Part shown: positions 48,240-57,606 of the stretch, piece after piece
How positions within the stretch are numbered: the first letter of the stretch is position 1
Layout of the letters: each line of letters starts with the position of its first letter
Assembly (NCBI GenBank): GCA_003649205.1
Contig: QMRC01000005.1
Coordinates: 1 to 64,000 of the forward strand
Source of the DNA: Thermoprotei archaeon
Lineage (GTDB): Archaea > Thermoproteota > Thermoprotei > Thermoproteales > B15-G16
Direction of reading: 5' to 3'
Length of the DNA: 64,000 nt
Notes under the pieces: generated by a model
What the model saw: only the letters and a program-made list of their open reading frames with translations
Database searches by the model: none
Told to the model about the DNA's origin: nothing
Program-made: the position numbers and the translations under genes

Positions 48240-49964
48240 TTGAGCAGATATCTAGTACAGGAAACCGTACTTAGGGAGCTACTCAGTAGCGATGCTAAGG
48301 TCATTACTTTGCGCGCATATCCGGGCTTTGGTAAGACCTACCTAGCTCTTAGGTTAGCTAGGGAGGAGTACCGTAGAGGATCTAAAAAGGTCTTACTAGT
48401 CACGAAGACACATGCTGAGATTGAGCACATAGTGTCTCTTGCCGAAGCTCAGGACCTGAGAGAGCTTATACCTCTTCGTGGTAGGAGTGTTCTCTGTCCA
48501 TACGCTAGTGAGTTCTGTACAGCGACTACGTGTATGGTATTGAGGACTAGAGCAGTATGTAGACTACGTCTAGCGGTAGACCTTGATACTATGAGTTCAC
48601 TAGACGTGTGCTCTATACCTAAGAAGCTTAATCAGTACGTGCGGTATTGTTGCGAGCTTGGTGTGTGTCCGTATGAGCTTCAGTGGGTGGTGTCGGATAA
48701 GGTACCTATCATAGTCTGTACCTACTCAACACTCGTAAATCCTGAGTCTTGGGGCTTGATTGTGAAGTTGCTTGAGAGATCCAGACCTGTTACCATTATC
48801 ATGGACGAAGCTCACAACGTACTTCTAGCTGAGTCCAGTACTCAACTAAATGCAGATGCGTTGGAGCACGAGATAAGAGGTAAATTACCGTTAAATCCAG
48901 CAATTAAAGATAGCTTGCTCAAGCTAACTTACTACCTCAAGAGAGGTGACCTAGGTAAAGCCATATCGCTTATACAGCTCTCCCCTTCAAAGCTAAGGAG
49001 GGAGGTTCAGAAGATAGCTGCTCTTACGAGTCTTAGGCAATTACCGAACCTACTCTCAATACTCGATGATTTATTTGCAGCACCTAGCTATGCTTGCGTA
49101 CTCGTATCCGGTAGCAGAGTTCAGGTAGTTGTACCGAAGGTACATGTCCTCCTAAAGGTGCTTCAACTCTGCGATAAGGTGTATCTGCTCTCTGCCTCAT
49201 TACCTATGTTTGCTCTCAATTTTATTGGTCAGGTACTTGGTTCTCAGGTAAAGGTAGTTGATGTAGATGCTCCTCTAGAGAGTATTCGTGGTTTAAAGTT
49301 GGTCTGCGTTAGAGGTGTAACAACGAAGTTTAGTAGAAGATTTAGTGAGAAGACTATTGAGGTGTTAACGAAGATCTTGGTCACATCCATAAACTCGTCA
49401 TCTAGTGTTGGTGGGAGAGTTATCTTCTTCTGTAGTTTCGACTTAATGAACTATCTAGTACGTAGGGGTTTGAAGCAGATACTCGATGCAGATACGATAG
49501 TTGAGGATGATCCTAATCTAGATACTAGGGAACGAGTTTCGTTGATAGAGGAGTTCAGGGATAGGGCTCGAAGGGAGAAAGCAGTCTTACTAACGTCAAT
49601 TCACTCCATTTTAAGTGAAGGAGTCGACTTTAGAGGTCTCGAATTAGTAGAGGCTATTCTAGTAGGCTTCCCCTTTTCACATCACGTAGATGTACTGAGA
49701 AGAAGGGTAAAGTACTTCAAGGACCTTGGTGCTAGTAGACCTGTACTACTAGCTCTCCTCCTACCAGCAATAGCGGCTACGGTGCAGGCTATTGGGAGGC
49801 TTATGAGGGACACTGAGAGAATTAAGAAGTTGGGGATTCTCGTGGATGAGCGATTTTACTCATATAGGAAACTACTACCGAAGTGGATTAGGAAGAAGTT
49901 GGTGTTCATGCCGCCATCGCCAAGTAAGCTAGCTCACGTAGTATTCTGGACCATAGGTCCCTAG
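48240..49964 (+). CDS. Divergent XPD/DinG (Rad3)-family Fe-S helicase
   Basis: AYPGFGKT, GRSVLCP, CPYE, DEAHN, SASL, SEGVDF, QAIGRLMR, LVDERF. Confidence 0.85.
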   Translation: MSRYLVQETVLRELLSSDAKVITLRAYPGFGKTYLALRLAREEYRRGSKKVLLVTKTHAEIEHIVSLAEAQDLRELIPLRGRSVLCPYASEFCTATTCMVLRTRAVCRLRLAVDLDTMSSLDVCSIPKKLNQYVRYCCELGVCPYELQWVVSDKVPIIVCTYSTLVNPESWGLIVKLLERSRPVTIIMDEAHNVLLAESSTQLNADALEHEIRGKLPLNPAIKDSLLKLTYYLKRGDLGKAISLIQLSPSKLRREVQKIAALTSLRQLPNLLSILDDLFAAPSYACVLVSGSRVQVVVPKVHVLLKVLQLCDKVYLLSASLPMFALNFIGQVLGSQVKVVDVDAPLESIRGLKLVCVRGVTTKFSRRFSEKTIEVLTKILVTSINSSSSVGGRVIFFCSFDLMNYLVRRGLKQILDADTIVEDDPNLDTRERVSLIEEFRDRARREKAVLLTSIHSILSEGVDFRGLELVEAILVGFPFSHHVDVLRRRVKYFKDLGASRPVLLALLLPAIAATVQAIGRLMRDTERIKKLGILVDERFYSYRKLLPKWIRKKLVFMPPSPSKLAHVVFWTIGP

Positions 49965-49966
49965 AG

Positions 49967-51259
49967 GTGGTGACTATGAACATCAGAGTCGTAGTGGCCT
50001 TAAGCTACCTCGCTATCCTTCTGATCATACTGTATGGTGGTAGTGCTGGCATCAGCCTAGAGAATGTAGCTTCACTTCTCACTAGCTCACTAGCGCCAGT
50101 ACTAGTAACACTTGTGCTAACTACACTAGCTATTCCTGCACTCACCCTCACGGGTAGAGTACTGGGATTGGGTAAGAGAGTAAGTGTATTGCTGGGGTTT
50201 GCTGGTTTAAGACCATACTTTCTGAGCTTGATGAGACACATAATAGTCATTGGTGCTACGAGAACAGGTAAGACAACGACAGTTAAGAGGATTGTTAAGC
50301 AAGTTCGGAGTAAGTACAGAGGTTGTTTTGTACTGGTTTTGGATTGGCACGGTGAGTACAGTGATCTTGGTCTAAACTACGTGACACCAGAGGAATTAAG
50401 AATTGAGTTAGATAAAGTTCCTCTTGAGGTACTTGTTGAGGCATTGAGCACTGCCCTAGATCTCTCAGATGCATCTCTACTGTTGCTGTACAGAGCTCTG
50501 AAGAGGGTTGAGACGAGGAGTATAGACGACGTTATTAGAGCTGTTGAGATGTATGAAGTGACCTCGAGGGCAGAGATTGAGATGAAAGCAGCAATACTTA
50601 GAAGGCTTGAACTACTTAGGGACATACTCACGAGAACAAGTTCAAATGCTACATCTTTCACCAATGTACTCAGTACCTGTCAAGGGCTTGTACTCGATCT
50701 ATCAAATTTATCAACCCTTGAGGAGAAGAGAGTTTACTCAACGTTAATACTGACACTACTGTACTCGCACATCATTGAGCAGGGATTTACCTCAGATATT
50801 AGGTACCTAGTAGTTATTGAGGAGGCACAGAACTTACTACCTCAGAGAGGTGAAGGTGTTAAGAGATTCAGCGTGATAGAGCACTTAGTTCTCGAGACAG
50901 CTAAGTTCGGTTGCAGGTGTATTCTCGTCATGAATACATTACCACCACCACACATAGCTAGACACAGTACATTAATATTCACGCCAATGCACGTAGAGAT
51001 TTTAGAGCAATCTCCATTGAGGATATCGCAGGAACTCGTTAATTTGCTTCAAAGCCTTAAGGTTGGTGAAGTTCTAGTAGTTGATGTCTCAGGTTGTAGT
51101 AAGGTGAAGGTAATTAGTGAAGGTAGTGCTAGACCGTATAGGATTGTTGCTAGAAAATCCAGAGAAGTCTCTATGGAGGAGAAATACGAAGTCCATTCTC
51201 ATGAGGAGGTTAATACTGTTAGTGAGGTACCTAGTGAAGACATTGAGGTGGAGATCTAA
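49967..51259 (+). CDS. Membrane-anchored HerA/FtsK/VirB4-like ATPase (DUF87)
   Basis: Two N-terminal TMs; HIIVIGATRTGKTT, LDWHGEY, VIEEAQN. Confidence 0.8.
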   Translation: MVTMNIRVVVALSYLAILLIILYGGSAGISLENVASLLTSSLAPVLVTLVLTTLAIPALTLTGRVLGLGKRVSVLLGFAGLRPYFLSLMRHIIVIGATRTGKTTTVKRIVKQVRSKYRGCFVLVLDWHGEYSDLGLNYVTPEELRIELDKVPLEVLVEALSTALDLSDASLLLLYRALKRVETRSIDDVIRAVEMYEVTSRAEIEMKAAILRRLELLRDILTRTSSNATSFTNVLSTCQGLVLDLSNLSTLEEKRVYSTLILTLLYSHIIEQGFTSDIRYLVVIEEAQNLLPQRGEGVKRFSVIEHLVLETAKFGCRCILVMNTLPPPHIARHSTLIFTPMHVEILEQSPLRISQELVNLLQSLKVGEVLVVDVSGCSKVKVISEGSARPYRIVARKSREVSMEEKYEVHSHEEVNTVSEVPSEDIEVEI

Positions 51260-51801
51260 TGAGTAGAGTAAGTTTGAGGAGCATCGTCTTTGCTCTATTG
51301 AAGTACGGTGTTCCACCTAGCACTGTTGAGAAGGTTCTTAGGGAATGTATTGGTGATGATGAGGCCTTAACCAAGGCACTTAGCTATATTGAGGAGTACA
51401 GAAGACTGAATCCTGTTTCATCTAATGTTGTTTACTCGAGTATTCCAGATGTTCAGAAGCTTCGTGAGAGAATTGAGTTTGTTTTTCAGGAGGTTAAGGG
51501 TAAGGTTGATAGACTTGATGAATCTGTCTCTGCGCTTCAGAGAACAGTTGATAGGTTGCTTGATGATCTTGCAAACCTCATACAGAGAGTTCAAGTCCTT
51601 GAAAGTAGAGTCAATACTGTTGAGGTTTTGAGGAAGAAGGTTGAGGAGTTGAGTAGAGTTGTTGAAGTTCTTGAGAAGCAAGTTGGTAAGTTCGATTCCT
51701 GGATTCGTGGTGTTGATGAGAAGTTGAAGTTGTTTGAAGCATCAATAATTGAGAGGGTAAGTAAGGTGATTGAGGAGAGGGAGGAGGGATCAGAGGGATA
51801 A
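51259..51801 (+). CDS. Coiled-coil protein
   Basis: Small helical head followed by long heptad repeats; start overlaps the ATPase stop. Confidence 0.75.
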   Translation: MSRVSLRSIVFALLKYGVPPSTVEKVLRECIGDDEALTKALSYIEEYRRLNPVSSNVVYSSIPDVQKLRERIEFVFQEVKGKVDRLDESVSALQRTVDRLLDDLANLIQRVQVLESRVNTVEVLRKKVEELSRVVEVLEKQVGKFDSWIRGVDEKLKLFEASIIERVSKVIEEREEGSEG

Positions 51802-51839
51802 GGGCTTCCTCACTAATCAGCTCCCCAAAAACTCATCAC
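51790..51839 (-). ncRNA. Box C/D sRNA; both guides target the 23S fragment in this window
   Basis: Minus strand: GTGATGA-gtttttggggag-CTGA-tta-GTGAGGA-agcccttatccct-CTGA; targets 115-125 and 81-92. Confidence 0.93.
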
Positions 51840-51928
51840 TATAGCAACAGCGTGGTAACTACCTAGCGGTCAGTTGGAATGCCCTTCCTCACTACTCGGT
51901 TTAGGCGTAATTCCTCATCCCAAGAAAT

Positions 51929-52267
51929 CTACGACTCGAGGATTGCAGCTAGCTCCTGTAGCTTGTCTGGTGAGTTGACCAGTAATAAATTCCAGAGTGG
52001 TGAGTCCTTTGTGACCCCGTATATTCTACCTCTACTCGTTTCCTTAATTATCTTCACGTAACCTCTCTTCACTAGATACTCCAGGTACTCCTTAACCGCT
52101 AGTGTTAGGGCTTTACCATTTCTGTAGTTGCTAGGTGCTATTGCCTTAGCTATCTTCGCAGCTCTAAACGTTACTAAGCTTCCTCTTGAGTTTAGAATTT
52201 GTTCACGTATGAATGAAAGGGTCTTCACCCTGACGTCTCTAGCTAACATGTGTTTTGTGGCCCCCAT
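51929..52267 (-). CDS. Winged-helix-like DNA-binding protein
   Basis: AAKIAK..LEYLVKRGYVKII..RGRIY. Confidence 0.7.
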   Translation of the reverse strand: MGATKHMLARDVRVKTLSFIREQILNSRGSLVTFRAAKIAKAIAPSNYRNGKALTLAVKEYLEYLVKRGYVKIIKETSRGRIYGVTKDSPLWNLLLVNSPDKLQELAAILES

Positions 52268-52332
52268 ACCGAGACCCAGACCATGAATTAGCTTGTTATA
52301 AGTTTTCCTATGTTAGACCTATGTTGCCTAAC

Positions 52333-52887
52333 TTAGCTCCTACTAGTCAGTTCCTTAATCAGTTCTTCTGAGGTCACTATTCTTGCCTTCAGAGCTACCT
52401 CCATTATCTTGAGTGCTGCCTCATGGAGTTCAGAGGATGTACTTGCTGTGCAGTCTCTCACCACTACTACTTTGAATCCCCTCATGAATGCATCAGCTGC
52501 TGTGAAGAGTACGCAGATGTTCGTTAGTATTCCAGTTACTATAACTTCTTCAATACCTAGCTCCCTAAGGACCATCTCTAGATCTGTTCCGTAGAATCCT
52601 GAGTACCTCCTCTTCCTAACAATAATGTCGCCCCTCTCAGGCTTAAGCTCATCAACTACCTCACTACCCCTTGTACCCTCTACACAGTGCTTAGGCCAGA
52701 TAGAGAATTCCCAATCAAATTCTCTATGACTATCACACACATACACTATCGGTATCTTAGCTCTCCTAGCTTCCTCAAGAAGCTTCTTTAACTTCGGTAC
52801 TATGTCTCTAGCTTTTGGTACCTCAAGTGGTGCTCCAGGTTCGAGAAAGTCTCTAAGCATATCAATTACTAAGATACATCTCTTCAC
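52333..52887 (-). CDS. Isochorismatase/nicotinamidase-family cysteine hydrolase
   Basis: VIDM..DF, WPKHC, KRRYSGF, TNICV. Confidence 0.93.
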   Translation of the reverse strand: MKRCILVIDMLRDFLEPGAPLEVPKARDIVPKLKKLLEEARRAKIPIVYVCDSHREFDWEFSIWPKHCVEGTRGSEVVDELKPERGDIIVRKRRYSGFYGTDLEMVLRELGIEEVIVTGILTNICVLFTAADAFMRGFKVVVVRDCTASTSSELHEAALKIMEVALKARIVTSEELIKELTSRS

Positions 52888-52958
52888 ACATCCTCACCAG
52901 TTCTGTAGGTTAGGTGGTCGTAGTAGTAAAGCTTACTGAGTCAGATCTACTGTACTCT

Positions 52959-53708
52959 CTAGTACACAGGTACATCGTAGTACCTTGGGTAGTAAATTAC
53001 GTACCTTCTCAATCTTCTCCTTCTAAATCTGAATGGGAGAGCTGCTATCATACCGAAGAGAAAACCACCGATATGAGCCCAAAAAGCTACACCTGAAAAG
53101 TAGCCATAGGCTATCGATAGTGTACCCATTAATAGCTGGTATATGAACCAGAGACCTAGAAACACGTACGCTGGTACAGTTATCACGACTGGAAAGAAGA
53201 AGTAGAATGTCAACACCCTGACGCCAGCTAGCGGATATAGTACGAAGTACGCACCTAGTATACCGGAGATAGCACCTGAAGCACCAACACAAGGTATGTA
53301 CCTTGGATCAGCAGCTCTAGTAAATGGCACAGCTATTGGTCTAGCAAAATTATACACAACGAATATGTGCATGAACGCTGCAGCAATTCCAGATAGTATG
53401 TAGAAGAGTAGGTACGTTGCTCTACCCATTTTCGCCTCTACGTTATCACCAAATATGTACAGATACACCATATTACCGACTAAATGCAGTAGCCCTCCAT
53501 GTATGAACATTGAAGTTATTAACGTGTACAGCCTCTCACCCCTAACTATGTAGGCAGGTATCATACCATACTTCATGACAATACTGTAGAAGAACTTCGT
53601 ACCACCACTCATCATGTAGATGAATACCAATACATTTAGGAATATGAGAAACCAAGTAACTACGGGTACTTTCCTAACCCTTAACGTATCACCTACTGGA
53701 ATAGTCAC
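52959..53708 (-). CDS. Rhomboid intramembrane serine protease
   Basis: HLVGNM, GASG, AHIGG. Confidence 0.95.
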   Translation of the reverse strand: MTIPVGDTLRVRKVPVVTWFLIFLNVLVFIYMMSGGTKFFYSIVMKYGMIPAYIVRGERLYTLITSMFIHGGLLHLVGNMVYLYIFGDNVEAKMGRATYLLFYILSGIAAAFMHIFVVYNFARPIAVPFTRAADPRYIPCVGASGAISGILGAYFVLYPLAGVRVLTFYFFFPVVITVPAYVFLGLWFIYQLLMGTLSIAYGYFSGVAFWAHIGGFLFGMIAALPFRFRRRRLRRYVIYYPRYYDVPVY

Positions 53709-54507
53709 GTAAGATCCCCTTAATCAGTGGTAGAACTGACTTAATAATCTCTACCCTACCAGCAACAAGACGCAACCTAGTATTCTCCACAAGAGGTACA
53801 TATCCAATGTCTTCACCAAGTACATCAACAAACTGTACACCCAATTCCCTACAGATCACGTACGGAGCAGCTACATCAGTTAATCTCAACCTATTTCTCA
53901 AATCAATGAACAAGGTAATGGAGCCAAGACCTACTAGAAGTAACTCGAGAGCAACACAACCAAGATGTCTAATCTTGACGCTACCAAGTAACTCACCTAG
54001 CTTACGCACTAAGAGCTCATAACCATGCTCAAGGTAGAGAGACACAATAGAAACATCACAACCTGAGGAAACTACCCTAAGACCCCTAACAACAACCTCT
54101 CTACCTCTCACAACCCAAACTTCAAACCTAGGGTAAATACCAATCACAACACCTACATCGAGATCACACAACCTACTACCACGTCCATACGCAACAGATA
54201 CACAACAGGCAGGTATCCCAAGTACGTAGTTGGTACTACCATCTAGAGGATCGACAACAGCAACATCACTCCTACCATCCCTCAAAACGAGGAGTCCTCT
54301 ATCCTCAGTAATCAACCTACCAACACCAAGCTCACGAAAGTACTCAATCACTAAGCTCTCAGCAACTAAATCAATACCCCAAATAACGTCACCACACCTC
54401 TCAAACACCTTAGTCCTCATAGAGGGCAATCCCTGAAGCTCACGAATTTTATCAGCAACATCCCTACATACAGAAACCAAGTCATCTACCTCAAGCCTAC
54501 ACATCAA
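53689..54507 (-). CDS. Inositol monophosphatase/FBPase family protein
   Basis: DLVAE, TED, VDPLDGSTN, DVAA. Confidence 0.88.
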   Translation of the reverse strand: MMCRLEVDDLVSVCRDVADKIRELQGLPSMRTKVFERCGDVIWGIDLVAESLVIEYFRELGVGRLITEDRGLLVLRDGRSDVAVVDPLDGSTNYVLGIPACCVSVAYGRGSRLCDLDVGVVIGIYPRFEVWVVRGREVVVRGLRVVSSGCDVSIVSLYLEHGYELLVRKLGELLGSVKIRHLGCVALELLLVGLGSITLFIDLRNRLRLTDVAAPYVICRELGVQFVDVLGEDIGYVPLVENTRLRLVAGRVEIIKSVLPLIKGILRDYSSR

Positions 54508-54557
54508 TAAGGCAGTAGTGTGTAAGGTTAAAAGATGTTAGTGCTCAGTACTCACGT

Positions 54558-55064
54558 ATGCACACTCTCGAATTTAGGGAGAGTGGGTTGCTAGTTAGGG
54601 ATAGAGCATTGATCTCTAGGCTCTACTCTCAGGGATATGGTGAGTTACTAGGTAATGAACTACTGCTACTACCTGTTGAGGTCATGTACCTAGCTGAGAG
54701 GGGTGTACTCGATAAGGAGCTGTTTCTCAAGGTACTTAAGACGTATGTCACTAGTGATCCTGATCTCTGGGTTAAGTACCTCGTATACCGCGATCTAAGG
54801 TCTAGAGGCTACGTTGTTAAAGGGGGTTCAAGTCGAGTAGACTTTAGACTTTACGAGCGTGGTGGTTGGAAGAGAGGTCAACCAGCTAAGTACTACGTCA
54901 AGGTATTGATTGAAGGTAGGAGAATTGACTTAGATGAACTAGTTCAGTGTGTGAATGAGGCTTTGAGAGTTAGGAAGGAGCTTATTTTAGCAATAGTTGA
55001 CTCACTTGGTACAGTCTCATACTATAGGGTTGAGGTAATTCCACCTGAGAGTAAGTTAATCTAA
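54558..55064 (+). CDS. endA: tRNA-splicing endonuclease subunit, probably the structural one
   Basis: L.PVE..YL, YLVYRDLRSRGYVVK, DFRLY, RKELILAIVD..G.VSYY; catalytic His not apparent. Confidence 0.8.
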   Translation: MHTLEFRESGLLVRDRALISRLYSQGYGELLGNELLLLPVEVMYLAERGVLDKELFLKVLKTYVTSDPDLWVKYLVYRDLRSRGYVVKGGSSRVDFRLYERGGWKRGQPAKYYVKVLIEGRRIDLDELVQCVNEALRVRKELILAIVDSLGTVSYYRVEVIPPESKLI

Positions 55065-55124
55065 CTATGGAGAAAGTAGATACATTTACTAAGGACCTCT
55101 TCCCTATGACCTCAGTGATCTAGA

Positions 55125-55415
55125 ATGCTATCCATGCAGGACATAGTCAAGCTACAGAAATACGCTCGCGAAAACAACCTCAAGATCGTGATTTACCTGA
55201 AGAAGAGTAGGTACAGGATCCAAATCAGCAATTTCATACATGCTCTAGATCCTGAAGGAAAGGTAACTGAGTGGAGTAGAGCATTTGGCTCTCAAACACC
55301 AAGTGATGTTCTTCAATCACATGGAATCTCACGTGTAGAGATAAGGTATTCGGATGGGAGTACCAAGAACTTGAGTCCAAAGGACCTCAAGTCACTGGTA
55401 AAAGCTCTACCCTAA
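55125..55415 (+). CDS. Hypothetical protein
   Basis: 96-aa basic ORF. Confidence 0.6.
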   Translation: MLSMQDIVKLQKYARENNLKIVIYLKKSRYRIQISNFIHALDPEGKVTEWSRAFGSQTPSDVLQSHGISRVEIRYSDGSTKNLSPKDLKSLVKALP

Positions 55416-55520
55416 GCACTTATCATTTGACGAAGAACCTATGATTAACTTTAATATAGAAGCCCTAAGCCAGCACTGTGGGAGCTACGTATCCAATACG
55501 TCCTTAAGCCAAGGGTAGAT

Positions 55521-56342
55521 ATGGGGGTTTCAGATGTGTCATTTACTACAGTTGGTTTAGATCTGTCTAGACTAGCTTACATACCCAACAGAAGGGTGTA
55601 TGCTCTCTCAATAGTAGCTAGTAAGAGGCCCAGCATAATTGCTGATGTCAGTTCGGTATTTGCTAAGTACGGTGTAGACATTCTGTACTTCATATCCTCG
55701 ACAGTCTATATAAATACGGATGTTATGTCAGCTGTTGTCTTTGCTGATTTCACTGACTCAGGAATATCACCTAGTAAATTAGTCCAGGAATTGAAGGAAT
55801 TAAATGGTGTAATGAGTGTTGAGGTCCTTGAGGAGATAGTTCCTGGATTGGTAGTTGATTCGTATCACTACCCACTTATGGTTGGTGGTTTTAGAGCTAT
55901 AGTGATACCTGAATTCACTATTCGTGGGTGGATACATAGCTTTAGAGTAAAACACGGTATTGCTGCTGAGGTTGTGCTGTGGCATGAAGGTTATGTTACA
56001 GGTTTCACTATATTTGAAGAACTTAGGAAGATTATGAAGGGTGTGAAGCTAGATAAGTTGATAACCATTTTCCTGAAGCTTGCTCAAGGTCTTGGATGGT
56101 TTATTGGTGAAATTACCGAGCTTAATTTCGTTAAGTCATCTGCAACGATAAGGGTATATGATTCATTCGAGTGTCTTATCGGTAAGAGGGAAGGAGTTAA
56201 CAGAGCATATAGTCACTTTGTTAGGGGTCTTTTCTCGGGATTTTTCACTGCTCTCTTCGGTAAGGAGGTTGTTGCTGTTGAGACTCAGTGCATAGCTAAG
56301 GGAGATCCGTACTGTGTTTTCGTAGTTAGGCCTAGGTCCTAA
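55521..56342 (+). CDS. ACT-domain + V4R-domain protein (paralog of 640-1491)
   Basis: KRPSIIADVS; DSFEC, SHFVRGLFSGFF, ETQCIAKGDPYC. Confidence 0.85.
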   Translation: MGVSDVSFTTVGLDLSRLAYIPNRRVYALSIVASKRPSIIADVSSVFAKYGVDILYFISSTVYINTDVMSAVVFADFTDSGISPSKLVQELKELNGVMSVEVLEEIVPGLVVDSYHYPLMVGGFRAIVIPEFTIRGWIHSFRVKHGIAAEVVLWHEGYVTGFTIFEELRKIMKGVKLDKLITIFLKLAQGLGWFIGEITELNFVKSSATIRVYDSFECLIGKREGVNRAYSHFVRGLFSGFFTALFGKEVVAVETQCIAKGDPYCVFVVRPRS

Positions 56343-56351
56343 GAGCTCTAA

Positions 56352-56400
56352 TCAGATATGGCGAGACTCTTCACCACTCTGCACTCGGCAAATTCATCAT
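56352..56400 (-). ncRNA. Box C/D sRNA, D' guide matches 23S rRNA
   Basis: Minus strand: ATGATGA-atttgccgagtg-CAGA-gtg-GTGAAGA-gtctcgccatat-CTGA; guide pairs with conserved GGAACUCGGCAAAU (recalled). Confidence 0.9.
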
Positions 56401-56450
56401 CTATCTCACGTGAGTAAGTTTAAACTCAGTACTTTTCTTAGACTTTACGG

Positions 56451-57443
56451 GTGTTCCTAATGTACATTAAGCTTTTTCTCGGAATGGTGGGGACAGCGCT
56501 AGCGATACTACTCGTCACAGCCCTAGGCATTGGCTTTATACTCTATGCGCTGGGTGCATTTAGCTTCACAGCACTCCTCATATACACAGTAGGTATTGGC
56601 GTACTTCAGTGGCTATTTGCCCCTGCAGTAATTGAGTTGGTTTACAGTGTTAGAGAAGCTGACCCCACTAGGTACTCGTGGCTTCATGAAATAGTTGAGG
56701 ATCTATCGAGGAAGAGCGGTATTAGAAAGCCTAAGGTTATGATAGCCGATATCCCTGTACCTAATGCATTTGCTTACGGTTCACCACTGTATGGTAATAG
56801 AGTAGCTGTTACTCGTGGTCTTCTCAATGTATTGAGTAGAGATGAGATTGCTGCTGTACTAGGTCACGAAATAGGTCATCTAAAGCATAGAGATGTTCAG
56901 GTCATGACCTTCGCAACCATACTTCCTGCAATATTCTTACTACTAGCTAGGTACCTCTTCTGGTGGAGCTTCTGGGTTCCTGTAGCTGAGGAGAGAGAAG
57001 AGAGAGGTGCTACACCACTAATTCTTGTAGCGGTAATTGTTGGTGTAATAGGTTTCCTCCTGAACTTACTTGTATTGGGTTTAAGTAGGTTAAGGGAATA
57101 CTATGCTGATTACCATAGTGCATTAGTTGTTAGGGGTGGTGCGAGAAAGCTACAGCTAGCATTGGCTAAGATTGTTACCTCGACAGCAAGGGTGGTATCT
57201 CATAGACCTGAAATACTGTCTCACCTATCTCCATTTAGGGCGCTCTTCATTACTGACCCAAATAGAGCTGTCGAGGAGAGTGAGGCACTAGCTGAGTACT
57301 CTAGGGAGTGGTTTATTGTCGAACGGTTGAAAAGGAGGAGATTGACGCTCATGGATCAATTAATGGAGCTATTCTCCACACACCCACACATAGTCAAGAG
57401 GTTGAGAGCACTAGATGAGATTGCTAAAGAGCTTGGTCAGTAA
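56451..57443 (+). CDS. htpX: HtpX (M48) zinc metalloprotease
   Basis: PNAFA, HEIGH, SRLREYYAD, STHP. Confidence 0.95.
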   Translation: MFLMYIKLFLGMVGTALAILLVTALGIGFILYALGAFSFTALLIYTVGIGVLQWLFAPAVIELVYSVREADPTRYSWLHEIVEDLSRKSGIRKPKVMIADIPVPNAFAYGSPLYGNRVAVTRGLLNVLSRDEIAAVLGHEIGHLKHRDVQVMTFATILPAIFLLLARYLFWWSFWVPVAEEREERGATPLILVAVIVGVIGFLLNLLVLGLSRLREYYADYHSALVVRGGARKLQLALAKIVTSTARVVSHRPEILSHLSPFRALFITDPNRAVEESEALAEYSREWFIVERLKRRRLTLMDQLMELFSTHPHIVKRLRALDEIAKELGQ

Positions 57444-57491
57444 TCGGAGAAAGCAATATGCCTTAAATACTAGTCCTCAATTTTTCCACAT

Positions 57492-57540
57492 GTGATGAAT
57501 TTGGCTACAACTGATTGGTGAAGAACGTCGGAAATGCTGA
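57492..57540 (+). ncRNA. Box C/D sRNA, guides match 23S H69-H71
   Basis: GTGATGA-atttggctacaa-CTGA-ttg-GTGAAGA-acgtcggaaatg-CTGA. Confidence 0.9.
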
Positions 57541-57592
57541 TCAGCTACGGCCGCTCTCTTCACTTCAAATCTGCTTAAAGGAATTTCATCAC
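57541..57592 (-). ncRNA. Box C/D sRNA, guides match the 16S h27 region
   Basis: Minus strand: GTGATGA-aattcctttaag-CAGA-tttgaa-GTGAAGA-gagcggccgtag-CTGA. Confidence 0.9.
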
Positions 57593-57606
57593 CATACCCT
57601 CAATAG

